The notes beneath the pieces are model-generated. The model ran no database searches and was not told the DNA's origin. It saw only the letters and a program-made list of their open reading frames with translations. The translations under genes and the position numbers were made by a program. A stretch of 24,000 bases of DNA from Clostridia bacterium (GTDB lineage Bacteria > Bacillota > Clostridia > Christensenellales > UBA1242): assembly GCA_017541375.1 (NCBI GenBank), contig JAFXZE010000005.1, positions 126,183-150,182 on the forward strand, written 5' to 3'. Below, one piece after another: positions 6,506 to 15,876 of the stretch. Each line of letters opens with the position of its first letter. Positions within the stretch are counted from its first letter, which is position 1.

Positions 6506-9500
6506 ATGAAAAAAGAATTACAGCGTTTACCAAATATGAATGAAATCCAAAATGAAATCCTACAATTTTGGAAAGAAGATAATACTTTTGTTAAATCTGT
6601 CGATAAACCTCATAAGGGCGAAGTCGTATTTTACGACGGTCCTCCCTTTCCTACGGGAAAGCCTCATCATGGAACTGTATTGGTTTCTTTCATCAAAGAC
6701 ATGATATCAAGATTTCAAACCATGCAAGGCAATAAAGTGGCTCGTCAATGGGGCTGGGATTGTCATGGACTGCCTATTGAAGTGCAGGCTGAAGGTCTAC
6801 TAGGCATCACCGACAAGAGCGAAATCGAAAAAACGATCGGTGTGGATAAATTTAATGAAAAATGTAGAGAAATCGTCTCTAGTAACGACTCATCTTGGAA
6901 AGAATATGTAGAAAATATGGCGCGCTGGGTAGATTATGATAACGCTTATCGCACCATGGACAAAGACTATATGGAAAGCGTGATTTGGGCTTTTGCGGAA
7001 TTACACAAAAAAGGCTACATTTACAAAGATTATCGCGTAACGCCATATTGTACTCGTTGTGAAACAGCTCTGTCAATTTCTGATACTCGTGAATCAGACT
7101 CCACCCGCCCCAAGCAAGACCGCTGGGTTATGGTAAAATTTAGAACCGACTACACAGAGAAAAAAATGCCAGTATATTTCTTAGCATGGACCACCACCCC
7201 ATGGACTTTACCATCAAATATGGCTCTGGCTATCGGAGAAACGATAGATTATAGCTACGTCGAAGTGAATGGCGAAGTACTAGTGGCTGGAGCAAATGCC
7301 TTAGCAAAATACAAACAAGTTTTCGGCGAAAATCCAAAAGTAATCAAAACAGTAAAAGGTAGTGAGTTAATCGGAAAAACATATCACCCACTCTTCGACT
7401 TTTTTGCTAAAGAAAAAGATAATGGAGCTTTCCGTGTAGTGGGAGTAGATTACATCGATGAAAACGAAGGAATCTGCATAGTGCACACTGCACCCGCCTT
7501 TGGTGAAGATGACTATTGGACATGTAAGAAAAATAACATTCCGCTCGTATGTCCAGTCGATGAAAAAGGAATTTTTACCGATAAAGTTAGCCTTTGGAAA
7601 GGTAAAATGGTATTTGATGCAAACAACGATATTATCAATTATCTAAAGAACAACGGTGGCTATGTAGCTGATGGTTCGCTTGTTCACAACTATCCTCACT
7701 GCTGGAGATGTGGAAAGCCACTTATCTACAAAGCTATGGAAGCGTGGTACCTCTCGATCGATAAACTAAAAGATGAGCTTATAAAGCAAAATGAATACGT
7801 AAATTGGTTTCCTGAAAACATCAAATATGGTCGTTACGGCAACTGGCTAAACAACGCTCGTGACTGGAATATTTCTCGAAACAGATACTGGAGTACTCCA
7901 ATCCCTGTTTGGGAATGTAACAAATGTAAGAAGCAAAAAGTATTATCAAGTATTGCAGAAATGGAAAAATTGTCAGGCAAAAAGGTAACCGACCTACACA
8001 AACAATATCTAGATAAAATAACCTTTAAATGTGATTGTGGTGGAACATATCACAGAGTACCTGAGGTGCTTGATTGCTGGTTTGAGTCTGGTAGTGCGCC
8101 ATTTGCGCGCATCCACTATCCATTCGAAAACAAAGCTTGGTTTGAATCTCACTCTCCTTCAGACTTTGTGTCAGAATATACTGGTCAAATCAGATGTTGG
8201 TTTTACTACCTTCACGTGCTTAGCGTCGCATTATTTAACAAACCAGCATACAAAAACTGTATTGTTCATGGAACAGTACTAGCTAAAGACGGTAAAAAAC
8301 TCTCTAAAAAGAGTAAAAACTATACCGACCCCATGGAACTTATGAAGTCGTATGGAACAGATGCCTTTAGGCTATATATGTTTCAATCCAACTGTATGAA
8401 CGGACTCGATATGATGTTTGATGAAGCAGGACTAAAGGATAGCTTACAACAAATCATTCTGCCCTATTGGAACTGTGCGTATTTTTACTCAAGTTATGCC
8501 AAAATAGACAACTATATAGGTGATGAATCAATAGAACCAAAAAGCGATAATGGCCTAGACAAATGGATATTGGCTCTATTATACAAAACTGAAAAAACAA
8601 TAAAAACACAAATGGACGGTTATCAAATCTCTGGGTATGTAAAGCCATTAGCGGACTTTTTAAATGGATTATCCAATTGGTATATTCGTCGCTCTCGTCG
8701 TAGATTTTGGGTAGACGGAATGAATAAAGACAAAGAGCAAGCCTATACTACCCTATTTTATGTATTGACTAGGTTTTCTCGCATCTTTGCACCCGTTGCT
8801 CCAATCGTGAGCGAATATGTGTATAAAATACTCACAAATAAGGAAAGTGTTCACCTCGAAGATTGGCCAAATATTCCCAATAAATTCAACAACGAAAAGC
8901 TTCTTAATGAAATTGATTTAGTGCAAAACACTATTCACCTAGCCCGCAATATTCGAAATAAAAACAATGTTAAAAACCGTCAACCGCTTAGCCTCTTAAA
9001 AATCGCCTCAACAGATAAGGCTGATTACAAAATCATAAAAGACAACGCTGAAGTTATCAAAGAAGAGTTGAATGTAAAGAAAATTGAGTTAGTTGATGAT
9101 GTGGACACTCTAGCCGAAATCAGTTATAAGGTAAACTTTGCGACCGTTGGTAAAACTATGGGGCAAATGATACCAGTAATCCAAAAATCAATACAAAACA
9201 AGACCATCAAATTTGACGGAGAACACTATCTTGTACCCGAGGCAAATTTGACTCTAGCCAAAGAGGATATCTTAGTAAACTTCACTGCTCGAGGAAACTT
9301 GCCTGTATTTAGTGATTCACACCTTGTGGTAGCACTTGACCTCACATTAACGAACGAACTTATTGAAGAAGGTGTCGTACGTGAACTAGTAAGAAATATC
9401 CAAGATGCTCGTAAACAACTGAATCTCGAAATTACCGACCGGATTAAACTAGAACTTGTAGGAAAAATCTCGGATAAATTCTATGATTATATCACTACAG

Positions 9501-9589
9501 AGACGTTAGCAGATTTTGAAAAAGTAGCAAAGCCCGAATTTACTACTGTAGTTGAAAACATCGAAATCAAAATGAAAAAGGCCCAATAA
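6506..9589 (+). CDS. ileS: Isoleucyl-tRNA synthetase, eukaryote-like (type II)
   Basis: YDGPPFPTGKPHHG (HIGH region), VARQWGWDCHGLPIEVQ, AWTTTPWTLPSNMALA (editing domain), GKKLSKKSKNYTDP (KMSKS loop). Start corrected to ATG 6506 preceded by TAGGAG. Confidence 0.95.
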   Translation: MKKELQRLPNMNEIQNEILQFWKEDNTFVKSVDKPHKGEVVFYDGPPFPTGKPHHGTVLVSFIKDMISRFQTMQGNKVARQWGWDCHGLPIEVQAEGLLGITDKSEIEKTIGVDKFNEKCREIVSSNDSSWKEYVENMARWVDYDNAYRTMDKDYMESVIWAFAELHKKGYIYKDYRVTPYCTRCETALSISDTRESDSTRPKQDRWVMVKFRTDYTEKKMPVYFLAWTTTPWTLPSNMALAIGETIDYSYVEVNGEVLVAGANALAKYKQVFGENPKVIKTVKGSELIGKTYHPLFDFFAKEKDNGAFRVVGVDYIDENEGICIVHTAPAFGEDDYWTCKKNNIPLVCPVDEKGIFTDKVSLWKGKMVFDANNDIINYLKNNGGYVADGSLVHNYPHCWRCGKPLIYKAMEAWYLSIDKLKDELIKQNEYVNWFPENIKYGRYGNWLNNARDWNISRNRYWSTPIPVWECNKCKKQKVLSSIAEMEKLSGKKVTDLHKQYLDKITFKCDCGGTYHRVPEVLDCWFESGSAPFARIHYPFENKAWFESHSPSDFVSEYTGQIRCWFYYLHVLSVALFNKPAYKNCIVHGTVLAKDGKKLSKKSKNYTDPMELMKSYGTDAFRLYMFQSNCMNGLDMMFDEAGLKDSLQQIILPYWNCAYFYSSYAKIDNYIGDESIEPKSDNGLDKWILALLYKTEKTIKTQMDGYQISGYVKPLADFLNGLSNWYIRRSRRRFWVDGMNKDKEQAYTTLFYVLTRFSRIFAPVAPIVSEYVYKILTNKESVHLEDWPNIPNKFNNEKLLNEIDLVQNTIHLARNIRNKNNVKNRQPLSLLKIASTDKADYKIIKDNAEVIKEELNVKKIELVDDVDTLAEISYKVNFATVGKTMGQMIPVIQKSIQNKTIKFDGEHYLVPEANLTLAKEDILVNFTARGNLPVFSDSHLVVALDLTLTNELIEEGVVRELVRNIQDARKQLNLEITDRIKLELVGKISDKFYDYITTETLADFEKVAKPEFTTVVENIEIKMKKAQ

Positions 9590-9590
9590 C

Positions 9591-9619
9591 AAAAAACTGG
9601 ATACCAAGTCCAGTTTTTT
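9591..9619 (+). terminator. Rho-independent terminator after ileS
   Basis: AAAAAACTGGA-taccaag-TCCAGTTTTTT. Confidence 0.85.
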
Positions 9620-9644
9620 TGTTGTTTTTTGTCAAATTATATCA

Positions 9645-9673
9645 TTGACAAACTAAACTATTTATGCTACTAT
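9645..9673 (+). promoter_or_regulatory. Sigma-A-like promoter
   Basis: TTGACA-17 nt-TACTAT. Confidence 0.65.
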
Positions 9674-9697
9674 TAGCACATATCATAAGGAAAAAAT

Positions 9698-10693
9698 ATG
9701 AACGATTATATAATCACAAGTAGTGATAATGGATTAAGTTATTATAATGAAAGAGATGATTCGGTCTTTGGTATAGAACTAAGATTATCTCAATATAACA
9801 AAGCTGAATTTGAAAAAGTAATGACATTACTTTTTAGCTTTGATAATATCAAAAAATTAGCACACATAATTATCGATGATGCCTCACAAATGAACTGGAA
9901 TTCTTATATAGAATTATTAGACTTACATGAAAAAATACAAGAGTACAATCCTGAGACAGAGATTTTTGTTCGTGAGAGATTTCATAAATATCCCCTAAAT
10001 CAAGCTCTGCAGGCTGAAAAAAAGGCCTTTTTTATAGCATCAAAAATTGCCGCCCGTACAAAAGATCCCTTTGAGCAGGCTCTACTTTTGCATGATTATA
10101 CTTCAGCAAAAATTTATAATAAATCTTATGATAATAGTGATGATATCAATTTTATAGGTGCAATGACTACCAACTCTATCGTGTGTATGGGATATGCAAA
10201 AATTTTTCAAAAAATATGCAAATACCTCAGCATTGAATGTGAGATGATTTGCACTCAAGAGTATTTAAAACCCATAATCCATTGTCTCAACATATTAAGA
10301 CTGGATTCGGAAAAATACAATATTCACGGACATTACATTTGTGACCCTACTTGGGATAGTACTCTATCTTGCATCGGAGAGCGCTCATATTTATATAGCG
10401 CATATCCTATACAAGATTTGGTTTCCCCCAAAGCTAGACATCATGAATTTTTTTGTGCAAGTAAAAGTAAAATATATACCAATGGAGAGTACCTTAGTCA
10501 ACCACTTTGCTCCTCATCTTCCCCTATTATTCCTCTCTCAACCTTTGAACAGGCATTAAAATCAATTTATCCACACCCACAAATTGTAGATAAAAATCTT
10601 GCTTATACAATAAATGAAATTGCTAAAAAAGAAGTGGGTGCAGAAAATTGTTTTTATACTGAATACAGTAAGAATCAAGAAATGACCCGATAA
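9698..10693 (+). CDS. Transglutaminase-like superfamily protein
   Basis: DPFEQALLLHDYT... SIVCMGYAKIFQKICKYLSIECEMI... HCLNILRLDSEKYNIHGHYICDPTWDS matches the Cys / His / Asp layout of the transglutaminase-like fold. Confidence 0.75.
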   Translation: MNDYIITSSDNGLSYYNERDDSVFGIELRLSQYNKAEFEKVMTLLFSFDNIKKLAHIIIDDASQMNWNSYIELLDLHEKIQEYNPETEIFVRERFHKYPLNQALQAEKKAFFIASKIAARTKDPFEQALLLHDYTSAKIYNKSYDNSDDINFIGAMTTNSIVCMGYAKIFQKICKYLSIECEMICTQEYLKPIIHCLNILRLDSEKYNIHGHYICDPTWDSTLSCIGERSYLYSAYPIQDLVSPKARHHEFFCASKSKIYTNGEYLSQPLCSSSSPIIPLSTFEQALKSIYPHPQIVDKNLAYTINEIAKKEVGAENCFYTEYSKNQEMTR

Positions 10694-10717
10694 AAGCCAA
10701 AAATATTTGGCTTTTTC
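10692..10717 (+). terminator. Rho-independent terminator
   Basis: AAAAGCCAAA-aat-ATTTGGCTTTTT. Confidence 0.75.
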
Positions 10718-10747
10718 TTTAAAACTTTTTGTAGTGTATACAAAATC

Positions 10748-10776
10748 TTTACAAATGCTCAATTTTGTGGTATAAT
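10748..10776 (+). promoter_or_regulatory. Sigma-A-like promoter
   Basis: TTTACA-17 nt-TATAAT. Confidence 0.65.
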
Positions 10777-10828
10777 AGTTCGAATTAGAGACATAAAAAA
10801 TTATATTTAAGGAGAAAAAAATATATTC

Positions 10829-12181
10829 ATGGGTCATAGTTTGTTATGTAGCGTCAGCTTAGAGGTAAATATTATCATTTGCGGCGTTATATTGTTATTA
10901 ATTTTGTGTTCCGCATTCTTTAGTGGATGTGAAACAGCTTTTACATCAGTTAATTCAGTGCGTATGAAACACTACGCAGACGAAAAAGTAAAGGGAGCCA
11001 GACGAGCTGTTTGGATAATAGAGCATTTTGATATAACTCTTTCTACCCTACTAGTAAGTAATAACCTTGTAAATATTGCATCTACTACTATGTGCGCATT
11101 TTTACTTGCTAATGCAATTACCAATGCAACTTTAGCTAATATTTTGACTACAGCTATCATGACAATTGTGTTGTTAATCTGTGGAGAGATTACTCCAAAG
11201 GCATTTGCAAAGCAAAATCCTGAGAAAGTAGCATTGCGCTTTGCTAATACATTTTTTATCATTACCAAGATTTTGCTACCTATCACATTCTTATTTAATA
11301 AATATCAGCAATTCTTGTTAAAACGTAGTAAAAAAGAAAATAACCCAACAGTAACCGAAGAAGAGTTGGAAAGCATCATAGACACTATGCAAGAAGAAGG
11401 TGTAATAGATAGTACAAATGCTGACTTAATACAGGGAGTATTGGATCTAGACCAAAAAATAGTGTATAGTGCAATGACACCCAGGGTCGATGTATCAGCT
11501 ATAGATATAAATGCAAACCCTGAAGAAATCACCAAGTTATTTATAGATACACAGTTTTCTAGATTACCTGTATTTGAGGGAGATATTGATAACATTGTGG
11601 GAATACTAAGTGAAAAAGATTATTTTTCTGCGTTAGTTACTAACAAGTCACCTAAAGTAAAAGAACTAATGACTCCCCCTATGGTGGTAAATGAAAACAT
11701 GAAACTAGACGACATGATACGTCAAATGCAAAAAGAAAAGAAACACATGGCTATCGTTATCGATGAGCATGGCGGCACTAGTGGAATAATTACACTAGAG
11801 GATGCTATAGAAGAAGTTTGGGGCGAAATCTATGATGAGCATGATATGGAAACCGAACAAGCTCAATTCATAAAAATAGATGACCACAACTTTATAGCAG
11901 ATGCTGAAATTACGCTAGAAGATCTCTTTGAAAAGCTAGGAATAGAGCATTTACCGAGCAAAAACTATGCAAACCTTGGAGCATTCCTATTTGAATTGGC
12001 TGAAAAAAGCGTGCCAAAGCAAAATCAAATATTGGAATTTGTGACAATAGATGACCGAATGGATGAAGATGCTGAATACTATGAGGTAATAGTAAAACTC
12101 ATATTTAAGCTCATAAAAGTTGAAAACAATCGTATACGCGAAGTGCGTATAACTATTCAAGAAGTCAGTGACAAAATATGA
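10829..12181 (+). CDS. HlyC/CorC (CNNM) family protein with CBS domains
   Basis: N-terminal DUF21/CNNM membrane region (SAFFSGCETAFTSVNSVRM, GEITPKAFAKQNPEKVALRF). Central CBS pair (YSAMTPRVDVSAID..., FSRLPVFEGDIDNIVGILSEKDYF, HMAIVIDEHGGTSGIITLEDAIEEVWGEIYDEHD). C-terminal CorC_HlyC domain. Confidence 0.9.
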   Translation: MGHSLLCSVSLEVNIIICGVILLLILCSAFFSGCETAFTSVNSVRMKHYADEKVKGARRAVWIIEHFDITLSTLLVSNNLVNIASTTMCAFLLANAITNATLANILTTAIMTIVLLICGEITPKAFAKQNPEKVALRFANTFFIITKILLPITFLFNKYQQFLLKRSKKENNPTVTEEELESIIDTMQEEGVIDSTNADLIQGVLDLDQKIVYSAMTPRVDVSAIDINANPEEITKLFIDTQFSRLPVFEGDIDNIVGILSEKDYFSALVTNKSPKVKELMTPPMVVNENMKLDDMIRQMQKEKKHMAIVIDEHGGTSGIITLEDAIEEVWGEIYDEHDMETEQAQFIKIDDHNFIADAEITLEDLFEKLGIEHLPSKNYANLGAFLFELAEKSVPKQNQILEFVTIDDRMDEDAEYYEVIVKLIFKLIKVENNRIREVRITIQEVSDKI

Positions 12182-12191
12182 CTATATTTAG

Positions 12192-12220
12192 TTGTAAATT
12201 ACAATTTACTGTGTTATAAT
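12192..12220 (+). promoter_or_regulatory. Sigma-A-like promoter
   Basis: TTGTAA-17 nt-TATAAT, followed by AAAGGAGG RBS. Confidence 0.55.
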
Positions 12221-12246
12221 ACCTAAAACAACAAAGGAGGAAAATA

Positions 12247-13404
12247 ATGTTTGGTTTACTAAGTAGTGCTGCCACTGGCAGCGATACTACCACCCCATCA
12301 GTAACTGAAGGCACAACAGGGGACCCTACTGCACCAGCTACTTCGGGGATAGACTGGGCTCATGTTTGGGACACTGTGTGGCATTGGTGTGTAAGTGAAG
12401 GAATAAAACTCCTTATTGCACTAATCGTACTGTGGCTATGCTTTAAAATAGTAAACTTCATATTTAGAAGAGTTTCCAAAATCTTGGAAAAACGTAAAGC
12501 GGATAAAACTCTATCTCGAGCATTAGTATCTGTCAGTCGAAAAATTATTAAGTTTTTCTTACTACTAATGTTTGTAGGTTATATTGGAATAGATACATCC
12601 AGCATTGTAGCAGCTATTGCTGCCGGTGCTGTGACCGTTGGTTTAGCTCTGCAAGGTGCCCTATCAAATCTTGCGTCTGGTGTGCTTATCATTTGCTTGC
12701 GCCCATTCCGCGTGGGAGACTTTATCGAATGTACTGGTCTAAAGGGAACTGTCGAAGATATCGGCTTATTTCAGACAAGACTAGTAAGTCCTGATAATAA
12801 AGTTTTGATAATATCAAACACAAATGCAATCAACGCAGCTATTATCAACTACTCTATGAAAGATACTCGACGAGTAGATATGACATTCTCAATTGCTTAT
12901 GAAGAAGATTTTCGAAAAGCTAAAAATCTAATTCGAGAGGAAATTGCTAAAACAGGTCTTGCCCTACCCGAGCCTGAACCATTTGTAAATATCAAAGAGC
13001 ACAATGACAGTTCTATTGATATAGAAGTGCGTACCTGGGTAAAATCCGACGATTATTGGGATTTTTATTGGCGCTTGCTTGAAGATGTGAAGATGGCATT
13101 TGATAAACATGATATCACTATTCCATATAATCAACTCGATGTGCACATAAAAGATAAAGAATCGGAAAAACTTCAACTTGAAGATGATGACAAATATGTC
13201 AAAGCTGAAATTGAACACTACAAACACACTCTTAGCACTAAAGAAGTAGCTAGGAAACGCAGATTGGCCGCTGAAGCAGCAGAAAAGGAACGCAAAGAAA
13301 ACAAGAATATTGTTAAAGCTATTATTAAAAAAGCTAGAAAAAAGGATAAAAAACAATCTGAAAAAGTTGAAGCAAATAATGAGAATAAAACTAAAAAAGT
13401 TTAG
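12247..13404 (+). CDS. mscS: MscS family small-conductance mechanosensitive channel
   Basis: GYIGIDTSSIVAAIAAGAVTVGLALQGALSNLASGVLIICLRPFRVGDFIECTGLKGTVEDIGLFQTRLVSPDNKVLIISN is the MscS pore helix plus beta domain. Lys/Glu-rich C-terminal tail. Confidence 0.9.
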   Translation: MFGLLSSAATGSDTTTPSVTEGTTGDPTAPATSGIDWAHVWDTVWHWCVSEGIKLLIALIVLWLCFKIVNFIFRRVSKILEKRKADKTLSRALVSVSRKIIKFFLLLMFVGYIGIDTSSIVAAIAAGAVTVGLALQGALSNLASGVLIICLRPFRVGDFIECTGLKGTVEDIGLFQTRLVSPDNKVLIISNTNAINAAIINYSMKDTRRVDMTFSIAYEEDFRKAKNLIREEIAKTGLALPEPEPFVNIKEHNDSSIDIEVRTWVKSDDYWDFYWRLLEDVKMAFDKHDITIPYNQLDVHIKDKESEKLQLEDDDKYVKAEIEHYKHTLSTKEVARKRRLAAEAAEKERKENKNIVKAIIKKARKKDKKQSEKVEANNENKTKKV

Positions 13405-13422
13405 ATTAATCTAAACTTTTTT
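13393..13422. terminator. Bidirectional terminator between convergent genes
   Basis: Perfect palindrome AAAAAAGTTTAGATTAATCTAAACTTTTTT overlapping both stop codons. Confidence 0.85.
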
Positions 13423-15688
13423 ATTCTATAATCAATCCAGAAGAATCTAAATCATCACCTGTTGACCTAAATGCCAACTGCCCCATACCCATTAGGAATG
13501 TCGTTGCAACAGCTTTTTTTGCACGAGGCTTTCTAGGTTTTGCACTAGCCTTACTAGCTTCTACATAAGCTTGTGGTAATATAGAATTAACTGTAGATTC
13601 ATCACCTCCAAAAGGAAGTACTCCCCCAGTCGAAGTCCCTTCAGTTCCAGTTGAATCTGTGTCTGTGGTACCAGACTTTTTCTTTGTAGTATTCTTAGTT
13701 GTCGTAGTAGTTGATTCAGCTTGTTTATCAGATGTGGAATCATTATTTAGTATAACAGCCCCAGTATTTATGGTAGTCACGGTACCAGTATTTTTGTTGC
13801 TTGTAGTATCATCATTCTGAGTAGATGTGGTTGCTGTAGCATCTGTAGAGCTTTGTGTAGTGCTATCAGGAGTCGTAGTGCTATTTTTAATAGTGGTGGT
13901 GTTTACTACATTATTTGTAGTATCGGTGGTTGTATTTTTAGTAGTATCCACCACTGTTGTAGTCTCGACAGTCTTGACATCAGATTTATTATTAATCTCA
14001 GCAGGTGGAGTTTGCTCAGGAACACGACTAAACTCAAGAGCTGTTGGTTTATTCTTAGATGTTGATGACGCAGCATATGGAGAACTTAACAAATCACTGT
14101 TTTGAGTAACACTTGATTGTTGAGTAGCTTGCTTATTATTCTCCTCTCCCTCTGTAGATTTGCTACTACTTGCAACAGCAGTAGCCCCAAATAATGCATC
14201 AAAAGCACCTTTATTAGTGTTTGTTTCTTGAGTCGTGGTAGTGTTGTTTGTTGTGGTAGTAGTGTTATTGACTGTTGTGTTGTTTGTTGTGGTTGTGTTA
14301 TTAACTGTATTTGCAGTAGATGAACTATTACTGAATAAATCATCATACGAACCTTTATTGCTATTTTCCTGCTTTACTGTACTTGTAGAAGTTTCTTTAT
14401 TCTCACTAATCTTATTGGTTGTAGTAGTGCTATATTTAGAATCAACCGTATCACTACCTTTTTCAGTTGGTTGAGTAGTAACATTATTGGCTGTGCTATA
14501 AGCGGGCGTGGTTTGCGTAGTTGTACTATTTGTTGTAGTTGTCGTATTAGAAGTAGTTGTAGATGTGGATGTACCAAACAATGAATCGTATGGATTGACA
14601 CTATTTGTAGTTGGTTTATCAGTGCTTGTTGGAGGTGCCGAAGCAGGTCTGTTTGCATTTCCAGAAGTAACTCCTGGACCACTTTCATCCTGAGGTCTAC
14701 GCCCAATAGGAACATTTTGTAAGAAAGGATTGACTGGTTGATATGTAGCAGGGCGTCTTGGTGAACTCTCTTCCGCTATAGGTCTAAAAGCCGGTAGAGG
14801 CTTATTGGTCGCGACTTGCTCATTATTGGTATAAGGTTGGTAAACTGTACGCCTTGAATCAAACCTCGATTTTTCCTTACTCTCCTCATCAATATCAGCC
14901 AAAGTTCTTACTTTCGAACGCTCTCCGCCAAATGGAGACGACTTTACATAATCTCCATCTTTAGAAACTGACACAACAGTAGATTTTGTTGATTCTCGCA
15001 AGAATCTATGAGGAATGGTGCACAACATCCACACTCCAGCTCCAGCTAAATATAATGATAGATATCCCATGCAACCTTGATTTGATGTGAGTGCGATAAC
15101 CATACTTTTGTGAAATTCGAAACCACCATCAAACACACTATTTATTCCTTCTAAACCAATAAAAAATGAAGTTACTGTCCAAAAAATTCCATTAAAAATC
15201 AGCAATGTACTCGCTCGGTTTACATGATATTTCTGAGTTATCCAAAAAACAATACCCAAAACAACACTTATAAATGATAAAGCAAAGAATATTAATTGAG
15301 TTGCTCCTATCAAATCTAACAAATCAGTTGTTTCCGAAACCTCGGATAAAATTTTAAAAATCAAAGGTATAAGTAGTGAAAGAATTCCAAAAATGGAAGA
15401 TAATCTAAAAAAAGTACTGTTGGTAGATTGACGAAAAAAAGTAGAAGCTAAAAATATGATAAAAAGTGTTGACAGGATAATCAATGCCCCCCACTCTTTG
15501 ATAGCACCTAGAGTATCTACTCCAACAATCTCAGCAAAGGCTGTTTTATAATTCCATGGTCTATCACCTGTGAGTTGAAAAACAAATTCAGGGAAAAACA
15601 ATGTAAACAATAGTAAGGCACCGATTAGCGAAAAGACTCCACCCACGATGTAGCCTGTTCGACGTCCACTTTTTACAACTTCACTCAT
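13421..15688 (-). CDS. Large multi-TM protein with Thr/Asn-rich low-complexity C-terminal tail
   Basis: GGAGG RBS. About 6 hydrophobic segments in the first ~230 aa, then a long Thr/Asn/Ser-rich tail. Confidence 0.85.
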   Translation of the reverse strand: MSEVVKSGRRTGYIVGGVFSLIGALLLFTLFFPEFVFQLTGDRPWNYKTAFAEIVGVDTLGAIKEWGALIILSTLFIIFLASTFFRQSTNSTFFRLSSIFGILSLLIPLIFKILSEVSETTDLLDLIGATQLIFFALSFISVVLGIVFWITQKYHVNRASTLLIFNGIFWTVTSFFIGLEGINSVFDGGFEFHKSMVIALTSNQGCMGYLSLYLAGAGVWMLCTIPHRFLRESTKSTVVSVSKDGDYVKSSPFGGERSKVRTLADIDEESKEKSRFDSRRTVYQPYTNNEQVATNKPLPAFRPIAEESSPRRPATYQPVNPFLQNVPIGRRPQDESGPGVTSGNANRPASAPPTSTDKPTTNSVNPYDSLFGTSTSTTTSNTTTTTNSTTTQTTPAYSTANNVTTQPTEKGSDTVDSKYSTTTTNKISENKETSTSTVKQENSNKGSYDDLFSNSSSTANTVNNTTTTNNTTVNNTTTTTNNTTTTQETNTNKGAFDALFGATAVASSSKSTEGEENNKQATQQSSVTQNSDLLSSPYAASSTSKNKPTALEFSRVPEQTPPAEINNKSDVKTVETTTVVDTTKNTTTDTTNNVVNTTTIKNSTTTPDSTTQSSTDATATTSTQNDDTTSNKNTGTVTTINTGAVILNNDSTSDKQAESTTTTTKNTTKKKSGTTDTDSTGTEGTSTGGVLPFGGDESTVNSILPQAYVEASKASAKPRKPRAKKAVATTFLMGMGQLAFRSTGDDLDSSGLIIE

Positions 15689-15876
15689 TTGTAAAATCGC
15701 CTCCTACCCTTTTACTATTACTACTATTATATCAAATTATTAAAATAATTAGCAAACGATTTTGGATAAAATATTTTATTTTCACAAAAAAAAGCAATAA
15801 TTTTCATTAAATAACTAAATTTGTTTTGAAAATGTAAAAAATTTTGCTATAATTATAAAAAAATAAGGAGTTAAAA

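Noticed and set aside
12964-13356. 130-aa minus-strand ORF antisense to the MscS-family gene
   Set aside because: Phe/Ile-rich translation typical of antisense of a Lys/Glu-rich tail. It lies within a confidently called gene.
13650-14560. Possible CRISPR or tandem-repeat array
   Set aside because: No regular repeat/spacer structure. The repetition is explained by Thr/Asn codons in one long open frame.
13561-14715. Several antisense or alternative-frame ORFs over the Thr/Asn-rich gene (for example + strand 13827..14105, 14235..14474; - strand 14374..14715)
   Set aside because: They arise from the low-complexity codon repeats (Val/Leu-rich mirror peptides), with no good RBS and no family resemblance.
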